Source: an uncultured Actinomycetota bacterium
GTDB lineage: Bacteria; Actinomycetota; Actinomycetes; JAFAQI01
Reading direction: 5' to 3'
Assembly (NCBI GenBank): GCA_963770565.1
Contig: CAVYQE010000001.1
Coordinates: 1,408,001 to 1,472,000 of the forward strand
DNA: 64,000 bases
Made by a program: the position numbers and the translations under genes. This document shows, piece after piece, positions 11,135 to 21,898 of this stretch. The notes below the pieces were generated by a model that did not search any database, was not told where the DNA came from, and saw only the letters and a list, made by a program, of their open reading frames with translations. How positions within the stretch are numbered: the first letter of the stretch is position 1; the number at the start of each line of letters is the position of its first letter.

Positions 11135-11769
11135 CCGCGGTGCCACCTCGTGACGTACGACGGGGGTTTGCCGCCGAGTTCGGTGATCGGCCGGCCCGGG
11201 CGCAGCCGCAGCGGGACCACCCCGGCCCACGGGGACCAGCCCTCGTCGTCCGCGACGAACTCGGGCGGGCTGTCGCTGACCTTCACCGACCACTCCTCGA
11301 TCGGGACTGCGATCACCGAGGTCGCGGCCAGCTCGCGGCGGTTCGGCGGCCGGGCGTCTGCCCGCCGACCGGGCAGCAGCGCGTCGGCGAGCAGGTCGAG
11401 CGCGCGCCGCTTGTCGTCGCCGCGCAGCGCCGTGCCCTGACCGAGCACGACCGCGCTGCGGTAGTGCATCGAGGACTCGAACAGCGACGTCGCGACCACC
11501 AGGCCGTCGAGCAGAGTGACCGTCACGCAAGCGGGGTGCCCACCGCCGAGGGCTCGAAACAACCGGCTACCGGTCGATCCGTGCAGGAGGACCCGGTCGC
11601 CGTCGCGGGCGTACCCGCAAGGCATCACGAACGGCTGCGCGCCGACCGCGATGCCGACGTGCGCCACGATGCCCGCGTCGAGGACCTCGTTGAGGACGGC
11701 CCGGTCGGACACAGCCTTCTCCGGCAGCCGCCGGATCCGGGTGCGGGCCGAGCCTAGGTGGGTCGCCAT
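11131..11769 (-). CDS. Pyridoxamine 5'-phosphate oxidase-like flavin-binding protein
   Basis: LDAGIVAHVG, LLHGSTGSR, VTLLDGLV...S.F.SSMHYRSAVV. Confidence 0.85.
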   Translation of the reverse strand: MATHLGSARTRIRRLPEKAVSDRAVLNEVLDAGIVAHVGIAVGAQPFVMPCGYARDGDRVLLHGSTGSRLFRALGGGHPACVTVTLLDGLVVATSLFESSMHYRSAVVLGQGTALRGDDKRRALDLLADALLPGRRADARPPNRRELAATSVIAVPIEEWSVKVSDSPPEFVADDEGWSPWAGVVPLRLRPGRPITELGGKPPSYVTRWHRG

Positions 11770-11771
11770 GC

Positions 11772-13151
11772 TTACAGGTGCGACCAGGCCTCGGTCAGCA
11801 CGCTACGGAGCACCTGCTCGATCTCGTCGAACTGGGTCTGGTCGCAGGTCAGTGGCGGTGAGATCTGGATGACCGGGTCGCCCCGGTCGTCGGCCCGGCA
11901 GACCAGGCCGGCCTCGAACAACGCCCCGGACAAGAACCCGCGCAGCAGCCGCTCGCTCTCGTCGTCGTCGAAGGTCTCCTTGGTGGTCTTGTCCTTGACC
12001 AGCTCGATCCCGTAGAAGTAGCCGTCGCCGCGCACGTCACCGACGATCGGCAGGTCGCAGAGCCGTTCGAGGGTGGCCCGGAACTCGGGCTCGTTGGTGC
12101 GCACGTGCTCGAGCAGGCCCTCGCGCTCGAAGATGTCGAGGTTGGCCAGCGCGATCGCACACGACACCGGGTGGCCGGCAAAGGTGATGCCGTGCAGGAA
12201 GGCCGAATCGCCGTGCAGGAACGGCTCGATCAGCTTGTCGGAGGCGAGCATCGCGCCGATCGGGGCGTAGCCGCTGCTCATTCCCTTGGCCACGGTGATG
12301 ATGTCCGGCTGGTAGCCGTAGCGCTCCGCGCCGAACCAGTAGCCGAGCCGGCCGAAAGCGCAGATCACCTCGTCGCTGACCAGGAGTACGCCGTAGCGGT
12401 CGCAGATCTCGCGTACCTGGGCGAAGTAGCCGGGCGGCGGCGTGAAACAACCGCCGGAGTTCTGAACCGGCTCCAGGAAGACCGCCGCGACCGACTCCGG
12501 GCCCTCGCGCAGGATCGCCCGCTCGATCTCGTCGGCGGCCCACTGGCCGAAGCGGGCCAGGTCCTCGCCGTGCTCCGGGGCGCGATAGAAGTTCGTGTTC
12601 GGCACGCGCACGCTGCCCGGGACGAGCGGCTCGAAGATGTTCTTGATCGCGGTGACGCCGTTGATCGAAAGCGCGCCCATCGTGGTGCCGTGGTAGGCGA
12701 TGTCGCGGCTGATCACCTTGTAGCGACCCGGCTCGCCCATCTGGCGGAAATACTGCCGAGCGAGCTTCCAGGCGCTTTCGACCGCTTCGGACCCGCCGGT
12801 GGTGAAGAAGACCCGGTTGATGTCGCCGGGGGCGTAGGAGGCCAGCCGCTCGGCCAACTCGATCGCCGAGGGGTGCGCGTAGGACCACAGCGGGAAGTAG
12901 GCCAGCTGCGCGGCCTGCTTCGCCGACGCGTCCGCCATCTCCTGCCGGCCGTGCCCGGCCTGGACCACGAACAGCCCGGACAGGCCGTCGAGATAGCGCT
13001 TGCCCTTAGAGTCCCAGACGTAGGCGCCTTCGCCACGCTCGATGATCGGGATGTCGTGGTCGGCGTACGTCGACATCCGGGTGAAGTGCATCCACAGGTG
13101 CCGGCGAGCGGCCTCCTGAAGGTGCGTGGCGTCTTGCTGTGAACTACTCAT
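11772..13151 (-). CDS. Class III aminotransferase, putrescine/polyamine:pyruvate type
   Basis: HLWMHFT, FTTGGSEAVE, YHGTT, EPVQNSGG, DEVICAFGRLG, AKG..SGY.P. Confidence 0.88.
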   Translation of the reverse strand: MSSSQQDATHLQEAARRHLWMHFTRMSTYADHDIPIIERGEGAYVWDSKGKRYLDGLSGLFVVQAGHGRQEMADASAKQAAQLAYFPLWSYAHPSAIELAERLASYAPGDINRVFFTTGGSEAVESAWKLARQYFRQMGEPGRYKVISRDIAYHGTTMGALSINGVTAIKNIFEPLVPGSVRVPNTNFYRAPEHGEDLARFGQWAADEIERAILREGPESVAAVFLEPVQNSGGCFTPPPGYFAQVREICDRYGVLLVSDEVICAFGRLGYWFGAERYGYQPDIITVAKGMSSGYAPIGAMLASDKLIEPFLHGDSAFLHGITFAGHPVSCAIALANLDIFEREGLLEHVRTNEPEFRATLERLCDLPIVGDVRGDGYFYGIELVKDKTTKETFDDDESERLLRGFLSGALFEAGLVCRADDRGDPVIQISPPLTCDQTQFDEIEQVLRSVLTEAWSHL

Positions 13152-13609
13152 CGGGTGCCCCAGGTGTAGGTCTGTTTGGCCAGTTTGAGGTAGACGAATG
13201 TCTCCGAGTCGCGAACTCCGGGTACGGCGCGAATCGCGTTGTTGAGCAGTGCGAGCAGGTGCTGGTCGTCGTTGCAGACGACCTCCACGAGCAGGTCGAA
13301 CGAGCCCGCCGTGACCACCACGTAGTCGACCTCGGGCAGGGCGGCCAGCTTGTCGGCCACCTCGGCCAGGTCGCCGTCGGCGCGCACCCCGACCATGGCC
13401 TGGCGGGTGAAGCCGAGCTGCATCGGGTCGGTCACCGCGACGATCTGCATGACCCCGGAGTCGAGCAGTCGTTGGACGCGTTGGCGGACGGCGGCCTCGG
13501 ACAAACCGACCGCGGTCGCGATCGCGGCGTACGAGCGACGGCCGTCAGCCTGCAACTGCTCGATGATGGCGCGGTTCGCGCTGTCGAGGGTGGTCGTGGT
13601 CGCAGGCAC
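13148..13609 (-). CDS. Lrp/AsnC-family transcriptional regulator
   Basis: LD...RAIIEQLQADGRRSYA.IA..VGLSEAAVRQRV; G.FDL. Confidence 0.92.
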   Translation of the reverse strand: MPATTTTLDSANRAIIEQLQADGRRSYAAIATAVGLSEAAVRQRVQRLLDSGVMQIVAVTDPMQLGFTRQAMVGVRADGDLAEVADKLAALPEVDYVVVTAGSFDLLVEVVCNDDQHLLALLNNAIRAVPGVRDSETFVYLKLAKQTYTWGTR

Positions 13610-13640
13610 CCCTCGACTGTGCCGTTGCGGCGCGACCATT

Positions 13641-13688
13641 GCAAGTGAATCCGTCGATAATTCGGGGTATTGCTGCGGATTCCCTTGC
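13641..13688. promoter_or_regulatory. Inverted repeat in the divergent Lrp / aldehyde dehydrogenase promoter region (candidate operator)
   Basis: GCAAGTGAATCCG (13641-13653) and CGGATTCCCTTGC (13676-13688) are 12/13 complementary around a more AT-rich spacer. Confidence 0.55.
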
Positions 13689-13720
13689 TGAAGGCTCCGT
13701 CCGATGCCAGAGTCAGCCCT

Positions 13721-15151
13721 ATGGGTCTTCAGGCGGCACACAACGTCATCGGCGGCGAGGAGTCAGGTGCGGTCGACGGTCGCACGAGCGAAATCATCGA
13801 CCCGACGACCGGCGAGACCTATGCCACCGCCCCGGTCAGCGGTCCGGCCGATGTCGATCGTGCGTTCGCAGCGGCCGAGATTGGCTTCGAGACCTGGCGG
13901 GAGGCGACCCCGGCGGAGCGCCAGGTCGCGCTGCTGCGGCTCGCCGACGCGGTCGAGGCGCGGGCCGAGGAGCTCATCGACATCGAGTGCACGAACACCG
14001 GCAAGCCGCGCGGCCTGACCAGGGCCGAGGAGATCCCTCCGGCGGTCGACCAGATCCGGTTCTTCGCCGGTGCGGCGCGGATGCTCGAGGGTCGCTCCGC
14101 GGGGGAGTACATGGCCGGCCACACCTCGATGATCCGCCGCGAACCGGTCGGGGTCTGCGCGCAGGTCACGCCGTGGAACTACCCGATGATGATGGCGGTG
14201 TGGAAGTTCGCGCCGGCGATCGCCGCGGGCAACGCGATCGTGCTCAAGCCGTCGGACACCACCCCGATGTCCACGGTCTGGATGGCCGACCTCGCGCAGG
14301 AGTTCCTGCCGCCGGGGGTCTTCAACGTGATCTGCGGCGACCGCGACACCGGTCGGGAGCTGGTTGCCCACAAGACCCCGCGGATGGTGTCGATCACCGG
14401 CAGCGTGCGGGCCGGTCGCGAGGTCGCGGAAGCGGCTGCGGGCGACCTCAAGCGGGTCCACCTCGAGCTCGGCGGCAAGGCACCGTGCATCATCTTCGAC
14501 GATGCCGACGTCGAGGCCGCGGCGGCCGGGATCGCCATGGCCGGCTACTTCAACGCCGGCCAGGACTGTACGGCGGCCACCCGGGTGCTCGCTGGTCCGC
14601 GGGTCCACGACGACTTCCTCGACGCGCTGACCGAGGCGGCCAAGGGCCAGACCACCGGCGGGCACGACATCGAGGCCGACTACGGCCCGCTCAACAACGC
14701 CAACCAGCTCGCCCGGGTCAGCGGTTTCATCGAGCGGAAGCCCGCGCACGCCTCGGTCCGCACCGGCGGCGAACGGGTCGGGGACAAGGGGTACTTCTAC
14801 GCGCCGACCGTCGTCGCCGGGCTGGAGCAGGACGACGAGATGATCCAGGACGAGATCTTCGGCCCGGTCATCACGGTTCAGAAGTTCGCCGCGGAGGAAC
14901 AAGCGCTGGAGTGGGCGAACGGCGTGGAGTACGGTCTCGCGTCGTCGGTGTGGACCAAGGATCACGGTAGGGCGATGCGGATGGCGAAACGGCTCGACTT
15001 CGGCTGCGTGTGGATCAACACCCACATCCCGTTCGTGTCCGAGATGCCGCACGGTGGGTTCAAACACTCCGGCTACGGCAAGGATCTGTCCATGTACGGC
15101 TTCGAGGACTACACCCGGGTCAAGCACGTGATGAGCAGCCTCGGCGAGTGA
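13721..15151 (+). CDS. Gamma-aminobutyraldehyde dehydrogenase
   Basis: [33 protein letters not shown]; [19 protein letters not shown] is typical of the PatD/Prr subfamily. Confidence 0.9.
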   Translation: MGLQAAHNVIGGEESGAVDGRTSEIIDPTTGETYATAPVSGPADVDRAFAAAEIGFETWREATPAERQVALLRLADAVEARAEELIDIECTNTGKPRGLTRAEEIPPAVDQIRFFAGAARMLEGRSAGEYMAGHTSMIRREPVGVCAQVTPWNYPMMMAVWKFAPAIAAGNAIVLKPSDTTPMSTVWMADLAQEFLPPGVFNVICGDRDTGRELVAHKTPRMVSITGSVRAGREVAEAAAGDLKRVHLELGGKAPCIIFDDADVEAAAAGIAMAGYFNAGQDCTAATRVLAGPRVHDDFLDALTEAAKGQTTGGHDIEADYGPLNNANQLARVSGFIERKPAHASVRTGGERVGDKGYFYAPTVVAGLEQDDEMIQDEIFGPVITVQKFAAEEQALEWANGVEYGLASSVWTKDHGRAMRMAKRLDFGCVWINTHIPFVSEMPHGGFKHSGYGKDLSMYGFEDYTRVKHVMSSLGE

Positions 15152-16317
15152 GCGTCAACGTGAGCGAGGCCCGGCGCGAGGACCCACCGCGCTCGGCAGA
15201 TGTCGCCATCGAGCTGGTGGGTGTCGCCAAGCAGTTCGTCAGCCAGAAAGACACCGTCGCGGCGGTCGACCACATCGACCTGACGATCGAGGAGGGCGAG
15301 TTCTTCTCCTTGCTCGGCCCGAGCGGCTGTGGCAAGACGACGACGCTGCGAATGATCGCCGGGTTCGAGGAGCCGACCAGCGGCAAGGTCCTGCTCTACG
15401 GCACCGATGTGACCTCGGCGCCGCCTAACCACCGCGACGTCAACATGGTGTTCCAGAACTACGCGTTGTTCCCGCACATGACGGTGGCCGAGAACATTGC
15501 CTTCGGTTTGGAGCGCAAGGGCGTCGGCAAGGGCGAGGTCCGGCGCCGGGTGTCGGAGTCGCTCGACCTGGTGGAGCTCACCGGCCGCGACCGCCGGCGC
15601 CCGAAGGAGCTCTCGGGCGGCCAGCAGCAGCGGGTCGCCCTGGCCCGCGCGCTGATCAACCGGCCGCGTGCCCTGCTGCTCGACGAGCCACTCGGCGCGC
15701 TCGACCTGAAGCTGCGGCAGAACATGCAGATCGAGCTCAAGCGGATCCAGCGCGAGGTCGGGATCACCTTCGTTTACGTGACCCACGACCAGAGCGAGGC
15801 GTTGACGATGTCGGACCGGCTCGCGGTCATGAGGGACGGCAAGATCGAGCAGCTCGGGCCGCCGCGCGAGCTCTACGAGCAGCCGACCACCCGGTTCGTG
15901 GCCGGGTTCATCGGGACCTCCAACATCGTGCACGGCACGGTCGAGTCGATCTCCGACGACGGCGCGGTCATGCGCACCTCCGCGACCGAATCGGCCGTCG
16001 TACCGCTGCGCTCGCCGGTGGCAGTCGGCCAGGCGGTGGCGGCCACGGTCCGGCCGGAGAAGATGACGATGTCGATCGACCGGCCGAATCTCGGTTGCGC
16101 GCTGCGCGCCCGGATCAGCGAGGTCGTCTATCTCGGTACGTCGACGAACTACAACGTCGCGACCTCGTTGGGGGACCTGGTCGTCTACCAGCTCAACGCG
16201 GGCGACGACCTGATCGCGCCACAGCGCGGCGACGAGGTCTGGGTCGGCTGGACGCCGCAGCACTCCTACCAGCTGTTCGATGCAGAGCCCACCGAGGAGG
16301 CCCGCGATGACGAGTGA
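15148..16317 (+). CDS. potA: Polyamine ABC transporter ATP-binding protein (PotA-like)
   Basis: [28 protein letters not shown]-terminal TOBE region. Confidence 0.85.
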   Translation: MSVNVSEARREDPPRSADVAIELVGVAKQFVSQKDTVAAVDHIDLTIEEGEFFSLLGPSGCGKTTTLRMIAGFEEPTSGKVLLYGTDVTSAPPNHRDVNMVFQNYALFPHMTVAENIAFGLERKGVGKGEVRRRVSESLDLVELTGRDRRRPKELSGGQQQRVALARALINRPRALLLDEPLGALDLKLRQNMQIELKRIQREVGITFVYVTHDQSEALTMSDRLAVMRDGKIEQLGPPRELYEQPTTRFVAGFIGTSNIVHGTVESISDDGAVMRTSATESAVVPLRSPVAVGQAVAATVRPEKMTMSIDRPNLGCALRARISEVVYLGTSTNYNVATSLGDLVVYQLNAGDDLIAPQRGDEVWVGWTPQHSYQLFDAEPTEEARDDE

Positions 16318-17551
16318 ACCCACGCACAGCCCGCTGCGACTGGGGCGGCGCGACCTGCTGCGCTACGCCGGCATGGGGGCGGGTCTCGCGACGCTGGCCG
16401 CCTGCGGGGTCAGCGGCGAGGGCAAGAAGCAGGTCACCGGCTCGACGCTCGACCAGCAGATCAAGGCGTTCTGGGCCGGCAAGAAGCAGACCGGCCAGGT
16501 CAACTGGGCGCAGTGGCCGCTCTACATCGACGTCGGGAAGAACAAGGGCGACCACCCCTCGATCGACCAGTTCACCGCGGCTACCGGCATCAAGGTCAAC
16601 TACAGCGAGCCGATCCAGGACGACGACACCTTCTTCGCGAAGGTGCAGCCGACGTTGTCCGCCGGGCAGTACTCCGGCTACGACATCGCGGTCATCACGA
16701 ACGGGATCGACTTCGACAAGTTCACCGAGCTCGGGTTGTTCGTGCCGCTGGACCACTCGTACCTGATCAACTACGAGAAGTACGCCGGCTCCACCTACAA
16801 GCACTCGGCCTACGACCCGGGCAACGTCTACAGCGTCCCCTGGCAGTCCGGGATCACCGGGATCGCTTACAACACCAAGAAGGTGCCGAAGCCGCTGACC
16901 AGTTTCTTCGACCTGTGGAATCCGGCCCTCAAAGGCAAGGTCGGGATGTTCGCCGACAACGAAGACCTGCCGACGCCGGTCCTGGTGGCGATGTTCGGCG
17001 ACCCGCAGAAGACCGGCCCGACCCAGTGGCGGCAGGCGGCGGCGAAGCTGACCCAGCAGCGCAAGGCCGGCATCGTGCGCAAGTACTACCAGCAGGACTA
17101 CATCGGCGCGTTGAGCACCGGTGACATCTGGGCCTGCCAGGCGTGGTCGGGCGACATCTTCCAGGCGTTGGAGTCCGGCGCGAAGGACCTCGTGTTCGTG
17201 ATCCCGTCCGAAGGCGCGGTGTTGTGGACCGACAACATGGTCCTGCTGAAGAACATCAAGAACCCGGTGTCGTCGATGAAGCTGATCGACTGGTACTACC
17301 AGCCGAAGATCGCCGCTGAGGTCGCGGAGTACGTCAACTACATCACGCCGGTGCCCGCCGCCCAGGCGGTCGTCAAGTCCGATGCGCAGAAGGCGACCGG
17401 GTCCAACCGGGCCGCTCTCTCCTCGATTGCGAAGAGCCCTCTGGTCTTCCCGACCCCCGCCGACTACAGCAAGCTCTATCGCTACCGCACGCTGACCAAC
17501 ACCGAGCTCACCACCTGGAACGAGATCTTCGAACCGATCTATCAATCATGA
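16307..17551 (+). CDS. potD: Polyamine ABC transporter substrate-binding lipoprotein (PotD-like, Tat-exported)
   Basis: GRRDLL Tat motif, LAAC lipobox, W..YID, VPWQSGITG, AWSGD, W.DNM. Confidence 0.85.
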   Translation: MTSEPTHSPLRLGRRDLLRYAGMGAGLATLAACGVSGEGKKQVTGSTLDQQIKAFWAGKKQTGQVNWAQWPLYIDVGKNKGDHPSIDQFTAATGIKVNYSEPIQDDDTFFAKVQPTLSAGQYSGYDIAVITNGIDFDKFTELGLFVPLDHSYLINYEKYAGSTYKHSAYDPGNVYSVPWQSGITGIAYNTKKVPKPLTSFFDLWNPALKGKVGMFADNEDLPTPVLVAMFGDPQKTGPTQWRQAAAKLTQQRKAGIVRKYYQQDYIGALSTGDIWACQAWSGDIFQALESGAKDLVFVIPSEGAVLWTDNMVLLKNIKNPVSSMKLIDWYYQPKIAAEVAEYVNYITPVPAAQAVVKSDAQKATGSNRAALSSIAKSPLVFPTPADYSKLYRYRTLTNTELTTWNEIFEPIYQS

Positions 17552-18414
17552 TTCGACGGCTTCGATCGGCGAGCGGGCCGTACCTGGCCGTGCTGCCGGG
17601 TGGACTGTGGTTGGCGATCTTCTTCGTCCTGCCGCTGTTCGTGATGGTGTCGCTGTCGGTGCAGACCGGAAACCTCATCACCGGCTTCCAGCAGACATTC
17701 CATTTCGCCAACTACTCGAACATGCTCTCGCTGTATCACGAGCAGCTGCTGCGGTCCTTGTGGTACGGCGTGATCGCCACCGTGCTCTGCGTGATGCTGG
17801 CGTATCCGATGGCGTACTGGATCGCGTTCTTCGGTGGCCGCAACAAGTCGACGTACCTGTTCCTGGTACTGCTGCCGTTCTTCGTCACCTTCGTGCTCCG
17901 CACGGTGGCGTGGCAGTTCCTCCTGGGCGACCAGGGTCTCGTGCTGAGCTGGCTGAAGGACACCGGCATCGTGTCGCAGGACTTCCACGTGCTGGCCACC
18001 GCGACCGCGGTAATCGCCGGACTGGTCTACAACTACCTGCCGTTCATGCTGTTGCCGATCTATGTCGCGCTCGAACGGATCGACCCGAGCCTGCTCGAAG
18101 CGGCCGGAGACCTGTACGCGACCCGCCGGCAGACCTTCCTGCGGATCGTGTTCCCCCTGACCATTCCGGGGATCTTCGCCGGCGTGCTGCTGACCTTCGT
18201 GCCGGTCGTGTCCGACTACGTCAACGCATCGATCCTCGGCGGCACCGGTCAGACCATGATCGGCAACATCATCCAGACCCTCTACCTGACCAACAGCGAC
18301 TATCCGAACGCGTCCGCGTTGTCGATCGTGCTGATGGGGATCCTGATGATCGGGATCTTCGTCTACGCGCGCGCACTCGGCACCCGCGACCTGCTCGATG
18401 CGGCGGCCGGATGA
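17548..18414 (+). CDS. potB: Polyamine ABC transporter permease (PotB-like)
   Basis: YNYLPFMLLPIY..LERID.SLLEAA.DL EAA loop. Confidence 0.85.
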   Translation: MIRRLRSASGPYLAVLPGGLWLAIFFVLPLFVMVSLSVQTGNLITGFQQTFHFANYSNMLSLYHEQLLRSLWYGVIATVLCVMLAYPMAYWIAFFGGRNKSTYLFLVLLPFFVTFVLRTVAWQFLLGDQGLVLSWLKDTGIVSQDFHVLATATAVIAGLVYNYLPFMLLPIYVALERIDPSLLEAAGDLYATRRQTFLRIVFPLTIPGIFAGVLLTFVPVVSDYVNASILGGTGQTMIGNIIQTLYLTNSDYPNASALSIVLMGILMIGIFVYARALGTRDLLDAAAG

Positions 18415-19214
18415 GCACCGCCACGAATGCCGCGGCCGGCCGGGTCGGCAGCCGCATCATGCAGGTCTACACCTGGCTGATCATCCTCTGGCTGATGCTG
18501 CCGATCTTCGTGATCATCGCCTTCGGCTTCAACAACACCAAGGGGAAGTTCAACTACACCTGGCAGGGTGTCACCCTGCACTGGTACCGCCACCTGTTCG
18601 ACATTCCCGACCTCACCAACGCGCTGATCAACTCGCTCACCATCGCGGCGATCGTGACCGTGATCTCCGGCATCCTCGGCACCGGGATGGGCTTCGCCCT
18701 GGGCCGCTGGAAGTTCCGCGGCACCGTGATCACCGAGCTGACGCTGTTCGCCAACATCGCCGCGCCGGAGATCACGCTGGCGACCGCCCTGCTGTCACTG
18801 TTCATCACCGCCAACGTCGCCCGCGGCTACTGGACGATCGTCATCGCACAAGTGATGTTCGACATCGCCTACGTCGCGGTGACGGTGCGGGCCCGGATGG
18901 CCGGGTACGACGTCCATCTGGAGGAGGCCGCGCGCGACCTCGGCGCCGGACCGCTGACCACCTTCCGGCTGATCACCTTGCCGTTGCTGCTGCCGGGCAT
19001 CGTCGCGGGTTGCCTGCTGGCCTTCGCGCTGTCCATCGACGACTTCGTGATCACGCAGTTCAACGCCGGCCAGACGCTGACCTTCCCGTTGTGGGTGTTC
19101 GGCGCCACCCGGTTGGGTGTGCCGCCACAGGTCAACGTGATGGGTACCTTGATCTTCGTGGGCGGCGTACTGATCGCGATCTCGAGCGTCCTGCTGTCGC
19201 GTCGACGGACCTAG
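18411..19214 (+). CDS. potC: Polyamine ABC transporter permease (PotC-like)
   Basis: LEEAARDLGA, F.LSIDDFVIT, PPQVN. Confidence 0.85.
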   Translation: MSTATNAAAGRVGSRIMQVYTWLIILWLMLPIFVIIAFGFNNTKGKFNYTWQGVTLHWYRHLFDIPDLTNALINSLTIAAIVTVISGILGTGMGFALGRWKFRGTVITELTLFANIAAPEITLATALLSLFITANVARGYWTIVIAQVMFDIAYVAVTVRARMAGYDVHLEEAARDLGAGPLTTFRLITLPLLLPGIVAGCLLAFALSIDDFVITQFNAGQTLTFPLWVFGATRLGVPPQVNVMGTLIFVGGVLIAISSVLLSRRRT

Positions 19215-19220
19215 CCGGCA

Positions 19221-20592
19221 ATGGTGAGCTACTGGCTCGATCGCGATCGAGGTGCGGCATCGCCGCACCGGTCACCGTTGAAGGGCGACCAACAGGCCGA
19301 CATCGCCATCATCGGCGGCGGTTTCACCGGGTTGTGGACCGCGATCGAGCTGCTCGAGCGCGCGCAGCCGCTGCGGGTGGTGATCTGTGAGGCCGACGTC
19401 GTGGGGTACGGCGCCTCCGGGCGCAACGGCGGCTTCCTCGACCCGTCGCTCACGCACGGCCTGCTGAACGGGATCCGGCACTTCCCCGACGAGATCGCGC
19501 ATCTCGACGTGCTCGGGGTAGAGAACTACGGCCGGATGTGCAAGGCGTTCGACAACTACGGGATCGACGCCGACTTCGAACCGGTCGGCAACATCGAGGT
19601 GGCGACCCGGGCGCACCAGCTGCCGGATCTGGCCGAGTGGGCCGAGACCGAACAGCAGTACGGGCATCGGGCCGAGGTGCTCGACCAGGCCCAGGCCAGG
19701 GCCCGGCTGAACTCACCGGCCGTGCTCGGCGGGATTCGCCGACCGGATGCCGGCGGCGTGCTCGACCCGGTCAAGCTCTGCCACGGGCTGGCGGCGGCCG
19801 CTGAAGGGCTGAGCGCGGTCATCCACGAGGGCACCCCGGTCACGGCGATCGAGCGGGCCGGGTCGGGGGTCCGGTTGCGCACCCGCGAACGGCACGTTGC
19901 GCTGCGAGCAAGCCGTGCTCGCCACCAACGCCTACAGCGGCCGGGTCCTGCGCCGGACCCGCCGGCACTTCGTGCCGGTCTACGACTACGTCCTGGTCTC
20001 CGACCCGCTCACCGAGGATCAGCGGGCCGCGATCGGCTGGTCCGGTCGCGAGGGGATGTCGGACTCCGGCCACCAGTTCCACTACTTCCGGCTCACCGCG
20101 GACGACCGGATCCTGTGGGGCGGTTACGACGCGGTCTACTACCCGGGCGGACGGGTGGGCCCGCGCTACGACCACCGGCCGGCGACGTACGCGACCCTCG
20201 AGCACAACTTTGCGGCGATGTTCCCGCAGCTGGCTGACCTGAAGTTCCCCTACCGGTGGGGCGGACCGATCGCCACCACGAGTCGGTTCACCCCGGTGTT
20301 CGGGACCGCGATGGGCGGCCGGATCGGCTACGCGCTCGGCTACACCGGGCTGGGTGTCGCGACCACCTGCTTCGCGGCCCGGATCCTCGCCGACATGTTG
20401 TTCGATCCCGGCTCGGACCTGTTGCAGCTGGACTACGTGCGCCGGGCACCGTTTCCGTTCCCGCCCGAGCCGTTGCGGTCCGCGGTGGTCGCGATGACGC
20501 GTCGGGAGATCGCCCGCTCCGACAACCGTGAGGGGCGGCGCGGGCTGTGGTTGCGGATGCTCGACCGGTTCGGGATCGGCTTCGACTCATGA
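19221..20592 (+). CDS. FAD-dependent amine oxidoreductase (PuuB-like), split by a +1 frameshift near 19888
   Basis: [24 protein letters not shown] in the first frame; LATNAY, FHYFRLT.D.RILWGG, GYTGLGV, FGIGFDS in the second. Confidence 0.82.
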
Positions 20593-20605
20593 ACTGCTGT
20601 CGACC

Positions 20606-21898
20606 GTGGCGACCTTCCTGTTCTTTCCCGAGGCCGCGTTCGGTCCGACGAACAACTGCGTCGGGATCGGCAACGTCCTCCAACAACGCGGGCATCGGGT
20701 CGTGTTCGTGGTCGAGGAGTCCTTCGCCGGCACCCTCGCGGCGCGCGGCTTCGAGGAGCGGCTGGTCCAGCTGGCGCCGCCGCCCGAGACGCCGCAGGCG
20801 CCGGGACAGTTCTGGAAGGACTTCGTCCGCGACACCTCGCCGATCTTCCGCCGGCCGACGATCGAGGCGCTGGCCGGCTTCGTTCAGCCCACCTTCCAGG
20901 CACTGTGCGACGGCGCGAGGTACGTCGACCAGCGGCTCGCCGAGGTGCTCGACGAGGTCGACCCCGACGTCGTGATCGAGGACAACGTGGTGTCGTTCCC
21001 GGCCATCCTCGCGCGCCGGAAGCCCTGGGTCCGGATCATGTCGTGCAACCCGCTCGAGCTGCCCGACCCGGACCTGCCTCCGGTCTTCTCCGGCTACCCG
21101 ACCGACGACCGCCGCGACTGGGCCGGGTTCCGCGCCGAGGCCGAGCAGGTGCTCGGCCCGCTGCACGCCGAGTTCAACCAGGCCTGCCTCGACCGGGGTG
21201 CGCCCGCGCTGCCGCCCGGTGAGTTCATCCACTCCTCGGCCTGGCTGAATCTCGGGCTGTATCCCTCGGAGCTCGACTACGTGCGCTCGGAGCCGTTGCC
21301 CAACACCTGGCACACCCTGCCGGCGAACGTGCGCGAGAGCGAGTCCGGCTACGAGATTCCCGACCTCGGCGACCCGTCGCTGCCGCTGGTCTACCTCAGC
21401 CTCGGCTCGCTCGGCAGTGCCGACCTGCCGCTCATGCAGCGGCTGGTCGAGCTGCTCGCGCTGACCCGCTGCCGGGTGATCGTCTCCAAGGGCCCGCTGC
21501 ACGACCAGCTCGAACTGCCGGCCGGCATGAGCGGTGCGGAGTACCTGCCCCAGATCGCGGTGCTGCCGCAGGTCGACGCGGTCATCACCCACGGCGGCAA
21601 CAACACGGTCACCGAGTGCCTCTACTTCGGCAAGCCGATGATCGTGCTTCCGTTGTTCTGGGACCAGTTCGACAACGCCCAGCGGGTCCAGGAGTGCGGG
21701 CTCGGCATCCGGCTTCCGACCTACGACGCAAGCGCCGAGGAGTTCACCGCGGCCCTCGACGACGTGCTCACCGAACCGACCCGGCTGGCCCGGCTGGCCG
21801 CGATCTCGGCCGGCTTGCACGCCACCCCGGGCACCGAGCGGGCCGCCGGCCTGCTCCAGGACCTCGTCCAGCGGGGAGATCGGATGGACCACTCGTGA
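20606..21898 (+). CDS. GT1 (UGT/MGT-type) glycosyltransferase
   Basis: RGHRV, VYLSLGSLGS and UDP-sugar signature YLPQ..VL....AVITHGGNNTVTE.LYFGKP.IVLPLFWDQ. Confidence 0.88.
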   Translation: MATFLFFPEAAFGPTNNCVGIGNVLQQRGHRVVFVVEESFAGTLAARGFEERLVQLAPPPETPQAPGQFWKDFVRDTSPIFRRPTIEALAGFVQPTFQALCDGARYVDQRLAEVLDEVDPDVVIEDNVVSFPAILARRKPWVRIMSCNPLELPDPDLPPVFSGYPTDDRRDWAGFRAEAEQVLGPLHAEFNQACLDRGAPALPPGEFIHSSAWLNLGLYPSELDYVRSEPLPNTWHTLPANVRESESGYEIPDLGDPSLPLVYLSLGSLGSADLPLMQRLVELLALTRCRVIVSKGPLHDQLELPAGMSGAEYLPQIAVLPQVDAVITHGGNNTVTECLYFGKPMIVLPLFWDQFDNAQRVQECGLGIRLPTYDASAEEFTAALDDVLTEPTRLARLAAISAGLHATPGTERAAGLLQDLVQRGDRMDHS

